64,000 nt of DNA, from positions 36,892,001 through 36,956,000 of the forward strand of contig CM059432.1 of NCBI GenBank assembly GCA_030390025.1. Direction: 5' to 3'. Positions 1 to 14,386 of this stretch are shown one piece after another. The stretch's first letter is position 1, and the number at the start of each line of letters is the position of its first letter. A program made the position numbers and the translations under genes. The stretch comes from Squalus acanthias. Taxonomy: Eukaryota. The notes beneath the pieces were generated by a model. It had not been told where the DNA came from. It was given only the letters and a program-made list of their open reading frames with translations, and made no database searches.

Positions 1-464
1 TCCACTTGGTGAAGTTGCTTGCTCTCTCAAACAAGAAACTTATGAACTGGCTTTCTATAGCGGAAAATCTGCACAGGAGTCAAAGCAGCTGCACAATGTT
101 CCCTTAGGACTCTTGGCCACATATCTTCCTGAGTGTACATTTTTCTGGAGTTCAAAAATAAAAATAAATTTCACGGATTTCACGAGAAGCCAGCCAGGCT
201 GTGATTATTGCACATGAAGATGAAGATTGGATTCCAAAGTTTCCAAACTTAGTGAAGCTTCAAAAGTGCAAGGTGCAGTGAGGCCCCTTGCCCGATCTGT
301 CCAAGGTACTAAAACTACAACTCAGTGAAGTTACCCTTCTGGAAGATATCCAATGACTTCCCCAATGTCTCAGTGTGGTTACTTAGTGAGTATATGAATC
401 ATACAGGCTAGGAAAGTCCTAGCATCCATCAGTTTTGTTATATGTTCTTGGGATGTTGTTGTGG

Positions 465-745
465 TTGGGATGTGGGCAACACTGGCAAGTCCGAATTTAT
501 TGCCGGTCCCAAGTTGCCGATGACAAGAGGAGACCACCCGTAGTGTGGGACTAGAGCCACAGGAAAGGGAGACAGAGTAGAGGTGGCACATTTCCTTCCT
601 TGAAGGGCATTACTAAGTCAGTTGGGGTTTGATAATAAAATGGGAGCTTTCATAATAATTTCTGGTGCTTGTCCACAAATCACCAGATTTATTAAATTCC
701 ATTTCTCTGGGTTGTTAGTTCAGTACCATAACCACGAGGCTACAG
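465..745 (-). mobile_element. Degenerate SINE (Meta-domain/SlmI-like) sharing its core and tail with the LINE at 59764-62900
   Basis: Minus strand reads aaaccccaactgacttagtaatgcccttcaaggaaggaaatgtgcc ... ggcaacttgggaccggcaataaattcggacttgccagtgttgcccacatccc, resembling 59880-59995 and 62840-62880. Confidence 0.6.
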
Positions 746-799
746 TACTCTCATAGTATAGATCTGTGGACTGTGCACAGTTAACCGATTTCAGCCAGG

Positions 800-2635
800 G
801 CAGTACCGGCTCTCTGCAAGAGCACTTCAGCTCGTCCCACTCCCCCGCCCTTTCCCCATAGCCCTGCAATCTTTTTTCCTTCAGGTACTTATCCAATTCC
901 CTTTTCAAAGCCATGATTGAATCTGCCTCCACCGCGCTTTCAGGCAGTGCATTCAAGATCCTAACCACTCGCTGCGTAAAAAAGATTTTCCTCATGTCGC
1001 CTTTGGTTCTTCTGCCTATCACCTTAAATTTGTCCCCTCTGGTTCTCGACCCTTCCGCCAATGGGAACAGCTTCTCTCTATCTGGACCCCTCATGATTTT
1101 GAACACCTCTAATCGAATCTCCTCTCAACCTTCTCTGCTCTGAGAACAACCCCAGCTTCTCCAGCCTATCCACATAACTGAAGTCCCTCATCCCTGGAAT
1201 CAATCTTGTAAATCTTTTCTGCACTCTCTCTAAGGTCTTCACATCCTTTGGCCGAACCAGTGTTTTATAAAGGTTCTTCATAAATTCCTTGCTTTTGCAC
1301 TCGATGCCTTTATTTATAAAGCCCAAGATCCCACATGCTTTTTAACTGCTTTCTCAACCTGCCCGGCCACCTTCAACGATTTGTGCACATATACCCCCAG
1401 CTCTCTCTGTTCATTCACCCCTTTTAGAATTGTACCCTTTAGTTTACATTGCCTCTCCTCGTTCTTCCTACCAAAATGTATCACTTTGCATTTTTCTGCC
1501 TTAAATTTCATCGGCCACGTGTCCGCCCATTCCACCAGCCTGTCTATGTCCTCTTGAAGTCTATCACAATCCTCCTTACTGTTCACTATACTTCCAAGTT
1601 TTATGTCATCTGCAAATTTTGAAATTGTGCCCTGTACACCCAAGTCATTAATATGTCAAAAAAAGCTGTGATCCTAGTAACAACCCCTGGGGAACACCAT
1701 TGTGCACCTTCCTCCAGTCCAAAAAAACAACCATTCACCACGACTCACTGTTTCCTGTATCTTAGCCAATTTCGTATCCATGTTGCCACTGTCCATGGGC
1801 TTCAACTTTGCTGGCAAGCCTATTATGTGGCACTTTATCAAACGCCTTTTGGAAGTCCATGTACACCACATCAACCACATTGCCCTCATCAACCCTCTGT
1901 TACCTCATCAAAAAACTCAATCAAGTTAGTTGAACATGATTTGCCTTGAACAAATCCATGCTGGCTTTCCTTAATTAATCCACACTTGTCCAAGCAACTT
2001 AATTTTGTCCTGGATTATCGTTTCTAAAAGCTTCCCCACCACAAAGGTTAAACTGACTGGCCTGCAGTTGCTGGGTTTATCCTTACACCCTTTTTTAAAC
2101 AAGGGTGTAACATTTGCAATTCTCCAGTCCTCTGGCACCACCCCGTATCTAAGGGGGATTGGAAGAAAGGGCCAGTACCGCCACAATTTCCACCTTTACT
2201 TCCCTCAGTACCCTAGGATACATCCCATCCGGTCCTGGTGACTTATCTACTTTATGTACAGCCAGCCTTTCTAGTACTTCCTCTATCAATTTTTAGCCCA
2301 TCCAGCATCTCAACTACCTCCTCTTTCACGATAACTTTGGCAGCATCTTCTTCCTTGGTAAAGACAGGTGCAAAGTACTCATTTAGTACCTCAGCTATGC
2401 CCTCTGCCTCCACGCGTAGGTCACCTTTTTGGTCACTAATTGGCCCCACATCTCTTGCTACCCGTTTACGATTTATATGCCTATAGAAAACCTTTGGATT
2501 CCCTTTTATGTTAGCTGCCACTCTATTCCCATACTCTCTCTTTGCCCCTCTTATTTCCTTTTTGACTTCGCCATTGAACTTTCTACATTCAGCCTGGTTC
2601 TCACTTGTATTCTCAACCTGCCATCTGTCATACGC
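800..2635 (-). mobile_element. CR1 LINE, 5'-truncated, degenerate ORF2 (RT)
   Basis: Fragments VVPEDWRIANVTPLFKKG, ISKFADDIKLG, LERVQKRFTRLIPG, FFTQRVVRILNALP, followed by a CR1 3' UTR. Confidence 0.9.
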
Positions 2636-3034
2636 CCCTGAATAATGACCATTTGGGCAAGATGTACAAGAGGACAAATGGTGCCCACAGAATTGTACTT
2701 TGGCATGGATTTTTTTAATACAAAACTTAGTCCTCTGACACTAAGAATCAACCTTGTGGCCTCGTTCTGCACCCCTTTCAGGATGTTTCCCCTTGTGTAG
2801 CATTCAAGGTGTGGCATGATCATAGTTTCTGCTTTATATTAGTTGATTCACAATATAAGTGTTGAGTCTAACATGATTCCCAGATATCGTTTAGCCGTTT
2901 CCCCTTTTAGCCACTAACCTTTCATTAAGTATGTCTCCTTTTTTTCCTTCTAGTGTGTAACACCATGCACTTCCGTGTATTGAACTGCATCGACCATAAT
3001 TCTGCCCAGTTGGAAATGTTGCCTCTGTCGTTTG

Positions 3035-4412
3035 CATAAGAACATAAGAAACAAGAGCAGGAGTAGGCCATTTGGCCCTTCGAGCCTGCTCCGCCATTCA
3101 ATAAGATCATGGCTGATCTTCTACCTCATCTCCACTTTCCTGCACTATCCCCATATCCCTTGATTCCCTTAATATCTAAAAAAATCTATCGATCCCTGTC
3201 TTAAATATACTGAACGGCTGAGCCTCCACAGCCCTCTGGGGTAGAGAATTCCAAAGATTCACCACCCTCAGTGAAAAAATTTCTCCTCATCTCAGTCCTA
3301 AATGGCTGACCCCTTATTCTGAGACTGTGACCCCTGGTTCTAGACTCCCCAGCCAGGGGAAACATCCTCCCTGCATCTACCCTGTCAAGCCCTGCAAGAA
3401 TTATGTATGTTTCAATGAGATCACCTCTCATTCTTCTAAACTCGAGAGAATATAGGCCTAGTCTACTCAATCTCTCCTCATTGGGACAATTCCCCCATCC
3501 CAGGAATCAGTCTGGTGAACCTTCGTTGCACTCCCTCTATGGCAAGTATATCCTTCCTTTGGTAAGGAGACCAAAAATGTACACAATACTCCAGGTGTGG
3601 TCTCACCAAGGCCCTATATAATTGCAGTAAGGCGTCTTTACTCTTCTACTCAAATCCTCTTGTAATAAAGGCCAACATACCATTTGCTTTCCTAATTGCT
3701 TGCTGGACCTGCATGTTATCTTTCAGTGATTCGTGTACAAGGACACCCAGGTCCCTCTGAACACCAACATTTCCCAATCTCTCACCATTTAAAAAATACA
3801 CTGCTTTTCTATTTTTCCTACCAAAGTGGATAACCTCACATTTCTCCACATTATATTCCATTTGCCATGTTCTTGCCCACTCACTTAGCCTGTCTATATC
3901 CCCTTGAATCCTCCTTGCATCCTCCTCACAATTTACATTCCCACACAGTTTTGTATGAGCAAACTTGGATATATTACATTTGATTCCCTCATCCAAATCA
4001 TTGATGTAGATTGTGAATAGCTGAGGCCCAAGCACTGATCCTTGCGGTACCCCACTAGTTACAGCCTGCCAACCCAAAAATGACCTGTTTATTCAGACTC
4101 CCTGTTTTCTATCTGTTAACCAATCCTCAATCCATGCTAGTATATTACCCCCAATCCCATGAGCCCTAATTTTGTTTAATAACCTATTGTGTGGCACCTT
4201 ATCGAATGCCTTCTGAAAATCCAAATACACCACATCCACTGGTTCCCCCTTATCTATTCTGCTAGTTACAACCTTAAAAAAATCTGACAGATTTGTCAAA
4301 CACGATTTCCCTTTCATAAATCCTTGTCGACTTCGCCCAATCCTATTATGATTTTCTAAGTGCCCTGTTACCACGTCCTTAATAATAGATTCCAGCATTT
4401 TCCATACTACTG
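3035..4412 (-). mobile_element. CR1 LINE (HER1-like subfamily), 5'-truncated
   Basis: [46 protein letters not shown]; short-repeat tail cataagaacataagaa. Confidence 0.92.
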
Positions 4413-7400
4413 TTGCCTCATTAGACTCGATAAGTAGACCTTTCTTAAAATGCACCGCTCTGGCCAAGCTTTTGGTCACCCTGCCCAATATCTCCTTTGC
4501 TTGGCATCCATTGCTTCCTTGAGCCTTTGTGAGGTGCTCCAGGAAGTTTTTCTACATTAAAGACAAGATATTATTGTTGATTAAACAAGATCTAAATAAG
4601 ACATGCTTCTGCTGTAGGGGTGTAGTCACAGAATTAGACTTGTTCATTCGTTTCAAAGGCCTGAGTAAAACTGCTGACACTATCTACTGAACCCATGAAG
4701 ATGAATTTTGTCTGGCCAGTGCTGAACTAAGATATGGAGCTCTTGACTCTGTTTATTCTATAAACTGCTTCAACTATACTAGTAACTGGTAAGGTGGGAC
4801 GAAAGGCCCACCAACTATCTGATAATCGCAGAGGCACAATGACCTTGAATGCGAGCTGCCACAACACTGCTGCTCCACAACAGACCGGAAAATTACTTAG
4901 TATTAAGAGGGCATGCAACAGAAAAATGTATACTTTTTATACACAAACTATTTAACCTTGGATGCCGGTAGACATCAAAATTTTTAAAAAGCAATGGAAA
5001 AATAAATCTTAAGACTGTAGAGGTAAACAGAGATCCAAAGAAAAGCTGATGAAATTGGGTTGCTGCAGAACTCTACTCCCATTCAGAGTCTGGGTTAGAC
5101 AGATCCTCGATGAGCTGAAAAAAACCACACCCTTCCTTTGGCCGATTAGATCATCGCAACAAGTCAGCATGGGGTAGAGTGGGACAAGTCATACCCACAG
5201 TGGGGTGCATCATGCCAATAAAGACCACCACAGCACAACTGTTATTAACAGTGAGCAGTTCTATTGAATTACCTTGCAATGATGCTTTTTAGAATTTTGC
5301 ATGCACTCCAGTAGACTTGTATTTTTCTGGGCTCTTATCCATCATTCCTCATCTTTCTCCCACCTACCACATTCATGAAATCGTCGTCAATCAGCATGGG
5401 TTGGCAATGCTCTCCTTCCTTGGGCTTTTTAGTGACTCCAGTTGCTGAACCACAGCCAGTATCATGGCTTAGAATCCATAGTGTATAGGGTACTGAGCAA
5501 TATAGACCAGAAGGTTACAGGTTTGATGCCTGGTATGTACAGAGTTATCTACAGTTATCTAGGGATTAAAAAAGAGTAAAAACATCAGCCTAGGTTCCCA
5601 CCTCTGATTACACCAGTGACTCCTGCTGGAATCTGTGCGTATATACGTGGATGATGCCAAGGACAGAATTGGAGCCATCTATGATGCCCCCCACCAAAAG
5701 GTAGGGCAGATGATCCATCCTATCTCAGTTCATATTTCTAGAAAGAACCAACGGTCTATCATAGAATCCAACTGTTGAAGTGATTCCAAGGTTTTTGCTT
5801 GCTTCCAGTATCCTACCCAGAAGTCCGTGCTATGGTCGGATCAGCCTGTTGCCACTCTCTGTTTAGGCTCACACATGATGAACCACAGAGGGCTGCCGGC
5901 TTCCATGGGACTGTACCTGCAGGGGAGAAAATTAGGCAAAGAAGGGATTTGTAAAAATGAAAAATTATTTCACATGGTCCACCCATCAGAGACAGAGGAT
6001 GACACCTCTTCCTTCCTTCCCCCTGTTTAGGGGACTTCAGCTATGAAATCACAACCAGAATGCAAACTTCCCATCTCCTAGCTCAAAATCTCCAGTCTCC
6101 TGGTTCAGAATCCACATGTAGACTTAATCAGTTCACTGAATGCCACCAAGGTCTGAAATCTCACGAACTGATGGTAAATGCAAGGTAACAGTGCCGCAAA
6201 AGGCCAATCTATAATATAGGTTGTGTGGACACCAGAATCAACAGATCAGCTTGATCACAGAACTGTCAAATCAAAGAACATTGGTAAATGTAAATCGGAG
6301 CATTAGGAAATAATTGAATAATTCAATAACTGCTGCTGAAAATAAAAATTACTGTTTTTCAAAAAAAAAAATCTCTTCCTCCTGTCCACATGGTACATGT
6401 CATTCTTTGGCCCGTGGAGACCTGCTGCTCCGCACAGCACATGCCGATGCCCCTTCTCCCGCTCAGCTGGAGATCAGAAAGTTGTCACGTTGACTGACTG
6501 CAAGACTAAGTAGACAACTCAGTGGTACGAAACACATGCACACCAATAGGGTTTAATTAGATTTACTGGGTATAAGATAGGTGAAATACAAATGTGGCAG
6601 GAGCCACTGGATAATGATCAGGAATGGAAGCCTCAGGCAAAACTGGTGAGTTTTTTTTCAAAAGCCTGGTATGAGAAGAGAAATGGAATCATGCAGTGCC
6701 TTGCCAGGGTCTTCCTTTTAACATCACTCTCACTGAGGAAACACTGCACTGCCAATTTCAGTTCAAGTACAGTTGAGTCAGTTTTTTTTTTTTAAAAACA
6801 AAAAGTCTAAATGTACAACAGTTTCAAGAACGCGAAATGTAAGCATTATGAAAACTGTTAGCAAAATATCCAAAACTTGTGCTACTGTTTGACATACTGC
6901 TGGACACCACCTCTCCCTTCCCTTGGAGAAAGAAACTAAATTAAATTCAGCTCTAAAATAGGATGAAGATACAATTAGAAATTAATCCTTGCTAAATAAT
7001 TCAGTTTAAACGAACGGATTCAAAAAAAATAAGTGGAAGCTGCTGCTGCCGATGAGAATTTCTCTAATATGATTAAAATGGTAACAAAAGGAAAGAGTAG
7101 AACTAACAATGGTGCAGTACAAAAATAATTTATCACTAGTACAAAAGGTCATAAATTAAATGTCTGGTAGTACTCTGCAGAGCTCTTCGTCTACTTGTTT
7201 GATTTTCGCCCAGATCAAATTAACTGGACTATATCCACTGACACAGGGTTGATATAATCCCTTTAACCTTTAAAGGCCCAAAAGCATCACAGAGAATTTT
7301 TTTTAGTGCAATCTTCTGACAGCATGCAGCTCTGTGTTGGTCGAGGGAGGTTGGGGGTGGTGTTGGGTGGCAGAGAGGAGAGGGAAAAGAAAAATTACAA

Positions 7401-8238
7401 AGTATTCTGAATTTATCAAGCACTACAAGCTGTTGAATACAGATTCATTTGCTTCCCCCAGAAAGCACAATCAAGATCCAGAAATCATCATGCAGAGGAA
7501 CTGCAGGCATTAACCACATTGGATGTGGGTAATTGGTAAATTGAAAGAGGTCAAACATCTTTGTACTCCAACCCACAAGATAACTCTGGACGAGGAAGAC
7601 AATTTGGCCCGTCTTAGTTTATCCATTCGAGAGTTCTTTCATCCCTATCCCCATTGCAGGATCGAATTGGTTTTTGTTATGATACCAGGGACTTTGCTTC
7701 ACTATTTATTTCACATGTTGATTATTCTGTATGTGAAGAATTTCTTGATATCAATCCGATTTATCTGCCAATCTTCTGTCCAATTACACATTTACCTTCA
7801 CATCCGTACAAAATTTGTGGTAATTTTAACCACCAACTTAAACCCCATCAAGCCCAAAGAACTATCCTACAGACGCATTTTGATTTTATTAAATATCCAT
7901 TTCAGGAAGTATAGTGCAATAACAATGCAATGAAAAATTCTGTTTAGTAGGTGACAGCACTGAATTGACCTGAGCTTTGGGAATCAGCGTGGGAATAAGT
8001 CACACAGAATTAATTACCAGACAGGTAAAACCAGTCGACAAACTAGAGACCATGAATCGCTGACTGTGGTAGGTGTAACCTCCCTTTCGATTCGTACACA
8101 GTTGATCCCCAAGGAAGATAACAAAGCAGAAAATGGATAAATACACATGATAAATAACCTATTTAACCAGGGTTGTTACGTGTATTAGTGTGCTGGTATC
8201 AATAAGCTATGGGGGAAAAAACAGGCACTTTAGCCAAT

Positions 8239-8979
8239 GGCCCAGAAATTGATCTCGCTCTGTTCCCGCGGGGGTAAGGCTTCCCCGCGATCTCTCACTC
8301 CGCTTGTGCTTTTTCAGATCCAGCTCGCACGAACTTGATGTTCCAGACATCAGCTGGGCAGTGCTTGCGTATCCCACCGGCGTAGTGAATTCGTGCGAGC
8401 TGTGGGATCACGTGACTCAGTTAGAGCCAATGGCAGCACACCATCTTCCATTCATAGCTTTCACATACATGCTGTGAAATCTATGAATCTTACACCCCCC
8501 CAAAATAACAGCTAAACCTCAATTAAATTTTTTAAAAAACCATCACATTAATAAAATAAGTATAGTTAAATAAATTAACCATTTAAATAAAAAATTAATT
8601 TTTGAAAAAATTTAAAATCTTTTAAAAAGTTATAAAAATAAACTTACCTGTCTTTAAAGTCTCTAAAAAAGATATACCTGTTAAAAAAAATTCAAAAAAA
8701 TACTTAATTCACTACTTACCTTGTTAAAAGTGGGTCTTACTCCTCCTTTTTCCATTTCTAAAATCTTCCGTACTTACCTGCGCGTCCAAAGCACGAAGTG
8801 CACAGTGTGCGCGCAGCCTGTAGCGCGCACGCGATGCACCGAGGAACCGCCCCCTTTTCAAAAGACCAAGTGCCGGTTTTCAGCGCATGCGCAGGGCATG
8901 CAGAAAACCGGCAATTGGAGAGCGAATACGCGAGAGTACGCAGTGCGTACTCTCGCGTCGCGGGATGAATTTTTGGCCC
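8239..8979. mobile_element. Non-autonomous DNA transposon (MITE) with imperfect TIRs, possibly PIF/Harbinger-like
   Basis: Left end GGCCCAGAAATTGATC; right end reverse-complements to GGGCCAAAAATTCATC; AT on both flanks. CpG-rich arms, AT-rich core, several internal palindromes. Confidence 0.75.
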
Positions 8980-9655
8980 ATTATGTCTTAATGTTGCATA
9001 ATACATTTGGCATGCAATCCTTTTAACTTGCTCCCATCCATGACAGATCTGTAACCACCAGTAGTTCACCTTACTGTTACACAACTCAAAATGCTCCCTC
9101 CCTACACAACCAGAGTGTGGAAGGAACAGAAGATTGAGTAAATAGGAGTGTTTTCCTAGTTTCACTGAACATAGCATGACAATTTCATGTATCCAACTAT
9201 TCTGGAAAACTTCAATTTTGTCAAGATTTAATTCTGAAACATTTTCTGGTGCGGGACACGGGGGAAGGAGCAAGTTATTAGCATCTGACCGAGCCTTTTA
9301 CGTTTTACACACACATCCCAAAAATCCATGGCCGCTCGAGAGTGAAGACTAAATGCTCAAGTAAAACAGAGGGATTTTTTTTTAGCCTTTTCACTCATTT
9401 GACTCAGTGTTGATGCATTTTCCCTTTGACTAGGTCCTTGCTGGTTTCTAGCCTCTGTCGGGGGACTCTCCATACAGCTCCACTATGCCTGGCCTCTGCT
9501 CCCCAAATGTTACTTGACATGGCTGTACTAAACTTCATGTCTTTTTCTGGTTATATGTGTTCCTGCTGTTCACTCCATATTTCACTTGCAATTTTTTGCA
9601 TTTTTGATTATTTTTTTTTAAATAAAAAATATACACAGACACCAATACGATTATT

Positions 9656-9717
9656 TGTATATCAAAAACGTACGGTTGGAAATACTTGTATACCAAAAAC
9701 CTACGGTTGAAAATACT
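9656..9717. repeat. Two-copy 31-bp tandem repeat
   Basis: tgtatatcaaaaacgtacggttggaaatact / tgtataccaaaaacctacggttgaaaatact. Confidence 0.8.
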
Positions 9718-9819
9718 ACGTACAAGGGGTGGCACTGTGGCTAGCCATCACACAATATGTACGATCAGTGAGCAAACTGTTGCTCTTTCCTTTTACGCCT
9801 GTCCCCACTGTGTTTTATA

Positions 9820-10258
9820 CATAAGAACATAACAGAAGAAATAGGAGCAGGAGTAGGCCATTTGGCCCTTCGAGCCTGCTCCGCCATTCAGTAAGATCAT
9901 GGCTGATCTTCTACCTCATTTCCACTTTCCCGCACGATTCCCATATCCCTTGATTCCCTTAATATTCAAAAATCTATCGATCTCTGTCTTGAATATACTC
10001 AACGACTGAGCCTCCACAGCCCTCTGGGGTAGAGAATTCCAAAGATTCACCACCCTCTGAATGAAGAAATTCCTCCTCATCTCAGTACTAAATGGCCGAC
10101 CCCTTATTCTGAGACTGTGACCCCTGGTTCTAGACTCCCCAGCCAGGGGAAACGTCCTCCCTGCATCTACCCTGTCAAGCCCTGTAAGAATTCTGTATGT
10201 TTCAATGAGATCATCTCTCATTCTTCTAAACTCTAGAGAATATAGGCCTAGTCTACTG
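9820..10258 (-). mobile_element. CR1 LINE 3' fragment (same subfamily as 3035-4412)
   Basis: MRDDLIETYRILTGLDRVDAG...NFFIQRVVNLWNSLP, with a near-identical 3' UTR. Confidence 0.92.
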
Positions 10259-13200
10259 AATTACACCATTAACCAGTAACCAAACATGACAGGAATCACG
10301 TTTAAAAACAATCATAAAAAGAGCACTATTTTCAACAGTTACAGACTGAAGACAAGAAATTCTAGGGTAACCTGCAGATACTACTACTAAGATTCCTTTG
10401 TGCCCAACATCAACAGCATTAACATGCTGCTGGTTCAGTTAGATCATGGTTATCCACATTTCCATGGAGCAGCTCTGCAGAAGATGATCATTCTAGAATG
10501 GCAGAATATGGCTCATGCCTCTTTCACACAATACTGCAATGTAGCTGGAAATATACAAGCAGACGAATACTTTGCATCACAAGTTCTCTAACTGCAACTC
10601 CGTCCCCCCTCCCCCACCAGCCCTTTAAAGACTGCATTTATATTGGTTTTTTTAGGGTGTTAGGGCTGGCCACTCCGAACATGAAGGTCTCATGCAGCCA
10701 GCAGCAAACCTCAGACTAAACTTGCTGGATTTGCTGAAGACCGCTGCCAAACAGACACCACCCCCGCTTTTTAAACTGCATTTTCCCAGCAGATAACTTT
10801 AGTAAATCATCAATTTTCCACTGCTGTGCAAGGGTGCAGTAGGTCATATAATGGTTATGGTAGTGTACTAGCAATCCAGAACCCTCTCATATTAAAATCT
10901 CGGTCTATTTCTTGAAAATCGTTCAAATAGTTATTGTCTGGTAATCCTTTGGTTTTATGCCCGCCATGCCTCTCAGCTTTCTTTTTTTTTTAAACGATGT
11001 TCTTTCCACTGATGGAAGTCCTAGGCCAGGGAGATCACGAATGAGGAATACTGGCTGCTGCCCATGACGGCACCATGACTGAAAGCTATCAGGAAGACAT
11101 TAAATTCCAATCAAGACCGTCTCCAATTAGTCATAAAACACAGCATCAACCTATGTAATATATGCATTGAAAAAAATTTGGGAAAAACATCTTTCTGGAA
11201 CTGCTTTGGAGGACTTATACTGAGCCCCAGTAATAAGGGAGCACAATATAAATGACAAATGTATTGTGGGCAATAACGGGACAGATTGACATTTCAGCTC
11301 TACAATGCTATATTCAGTTGAGCTTTAAGAAAAAAAATTCTCAAGGGTAAAGGAGGGAGTCTAACTGTGAAGGATGAAGAAATAGGGGAGACATTAAATA
11401 AATATTTAGTATTGATTGTTAAAAATGGTGGTGGATGTGAGAAGATAGGCAAACTACAAGAGGATATGGAACAATTATCCATCTGGAGATCATAGAATCA
11501 TACAGCACCGAAGGAAGCCATTCGGCCCATCATATCTGTGCTGGCACTTTGAAGGAGCTATCCAATTAGAAGCACCACCTCCCCTTCTTACATCATAGCC
11601 AATTTTCTCATCTTAATCATGATGGGTGATCCCTGCAGATCATAGGCAAGCAGAAGATTGGAGACTGAGACAGGATGATACGTTCCATAGTTGAATAGCT
11701 ACCAACACTCACTGTCTGGACTCGCACATGAGTAAGAGACCCCTGTTGCTACCTGGTTGCCATGGAACAATATCCCAGCAAGGAGTCAACCCTTCAGGCA
11801 AGAGAGATGAGAAATAATCAACAGAAAAAGGGGCAAACAAAATAGAAGGCAGATAAGAATCTCCATTTTGCACTGGTTTCTGTATATTCCAGATGTTCAG
11901 TGGGAGCTCACAAAACTTGACCGCCTTAGCAACATCATGGCAGTCTCAAAATACAAAACTGACAACTGGAGACAATTTGGGTTTTTCAATTCTGCAAAAA
12001 ATCACTCACTACATGCACAAATATTCTGAGGGCACAATAGTGCACAGTCCATATCGAGCTTACAAACAAAATACATCACCACAGACTTTGTAATAGAAAT
12101 TGCAGCACTGAATGAGTCTACTTTGCCTGCCATGCCTCTGCCTGACAAAATTATAGAGATATTAACTACAGATGGAGCATGGGGACAGCATTTAGCAAAG
12201 TACACTACAGAACGGGATGAAACTGTGCAATTCTCAATTGCCCACTCACTCAAATATCAATCCATTTCACCCATAAATACTGTCTACCTCCACGGCTTCC
12301 TTCTGCACATGGTGGTTACATTTTAAATGCCTCTTTTTGGCTTCAGCCCATCTCTCCTGCTTAGGAGAGCAAGGCAGTGGAACTTCGTTTCAATCACAAA
12401 CGAGTTGGCGCTAATGTAATATGCCAATTGACATCCTCCTGTGCTGTAAACATCTATGGTTCTTGAGTTTGTGACTATGTAAACATATTTTTGGGGTTCA
12501 GTGTGGTTCCTGAAGAATCTTACTATGTCCCAAGAGCCTTCCTTTCTCCAGAGTAAACAATTCCAGGTTCTTCAACTCTCTTCACAGCTCAGACGCCTCA
12601 GTTGGGGCGACGAGTGATCTCAGCAGCCAAGGCAAGGGAGAGGAAAATAAAATCAGCCTCTCCAGAACACTATCCAGGAACTCCAGTATGTGGCTGTCAG
12701 GCAACAGAATCAGAGTCAGCTGTGATGCTCAAATAGCCTAACTTAACTATCTAGTCTCACAAAGGAAAAATAACCAATTGAACATTGTATTGGAGGGCTG
12801 CTGGGGCTCACAAAACCATGCTGCAACTAGAGTTAACACCTTCAGGAGAGTAGACAACATTTGGAAACAAAAAAAAAGGGCACAATAACATTTACTTCCA
12901 GACTGTCACAAATTGAAGGTTTAACTAAGTATTGCGATAGCTATTGTGGAGTTAACGGTAAGAAAATAAAAAAGGGGATGAAGTGTAACAATGAATGCAC
13001 AGTTATATTGATCTGTTGCAGACAATGAACTTCATCAAATGGTCCATAATTTAAGTGACAAGTTATCAGATTTCAGTGATTCAAGGATGAAAACCTTTGC
13101 ACCATGACGTAGAAACAAAGGAGAATGTCGTAAATCATATTTTTAAAACCGACTCAGTCTCCAATTCGAGTGACAGGCTGTGTATTTTAAAAAGTGACAA

Positions 13201-14386
13201 TAAGATTAATCTCAGATAAGAGGCAGAGGAGGAGCACTTGCTGCCTGCCACTGATTTCACTCGCCCATCTATTCACAATTATATTCAATGGCTAAAATTG
13301 ATTGTACGTCCTGTCATGTCTGTAAAGAAATAACCAACAGTACCTACTTCACATGCTGTTGTGAAACTGCACTGAAGAGACTATTCAATCAATAAGTAGG
13401 GTATTTCTCAACTCCCAATATGATCTGTGTCCAGCTTGAATGAAACCATCTCTGAAAATGCTGTTGTCAGCACTGAATCCTGGACTTACTGACTGGGATC
13501 ATTCCTGCTCTTCACGTCAGGCAGTAACAAATATAAGCTGATCCTAGATATGGGAAAGATTTAACAGGAACAAGGGAATGTTGGCAATTCTTCCAGACTA
13601 TGATCTGGGTTGTTTCCATTTTGATTCGATAGACACCAACTAATATTTTAAGTGGGTCATTATCAGGGACAACTAAAATGGCTGATTTGATGTCCTGTTT
13701 AGTCAGGACACTTAACAAAATGTTTGGTGGTAGGTCACTCCTGCAACAATTCATTTACTTTTCTATTTGGTACATCTTCACCTGTACGTTACAAACACAG
13801 GGAGATGATACTCACAGAGATGCAATTTACAACAGTGAAGAAATTAAAATCCAGATTACAATATTCCTTGGGATGCAGTTTGTGATCATATTTAAATGTA
13901 CCTTGTCAAACAACTGACTCCAAGTCATGATATTGAAGTCCCATTCCTGAACTTCAGCAGGTGAACCAGACCAGCACTTCAGTGCAATACTGAGACTTGG
14001 CTGCATTGTTGTTTAACCCCATCTTCCTGTTCAGGTGAGCATTACGAAGACCCCATGGTACTGTGAAGACGAGAAAGGGGGTTACCTGGTGTGCTGGCCA
14101 TACTATTCGCAAAATAATGAATAATAATGAAAAGTGGTTTCCACTGGTTGGTGAATCAGAGGACATAAACTCAGAATTATCACTGTGAAGAATGAAGGGG
14201 GAAATTAGAAGGAAGTTTTTCCACGCACAGGGTTATCACAACATGGAATGTTTTACCACAAGTGGCTATTGAGGCAAAAACTGTATAAGTTAAAACGGAG
14301 TTGGATAGGTATTTGTAAAAGAATATAAAAAGGCAAGGCGAAAGGGCAGAAATGGCAATAGAGTTAATAGCTCTACTTGAAGAACT

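Noticed and set aside
1..145. Minus-strand acceptor-like site (ttttgaactccag) as the next exon
   Set aside because: All three frames stop within the window and show no KANSL1 similarity.
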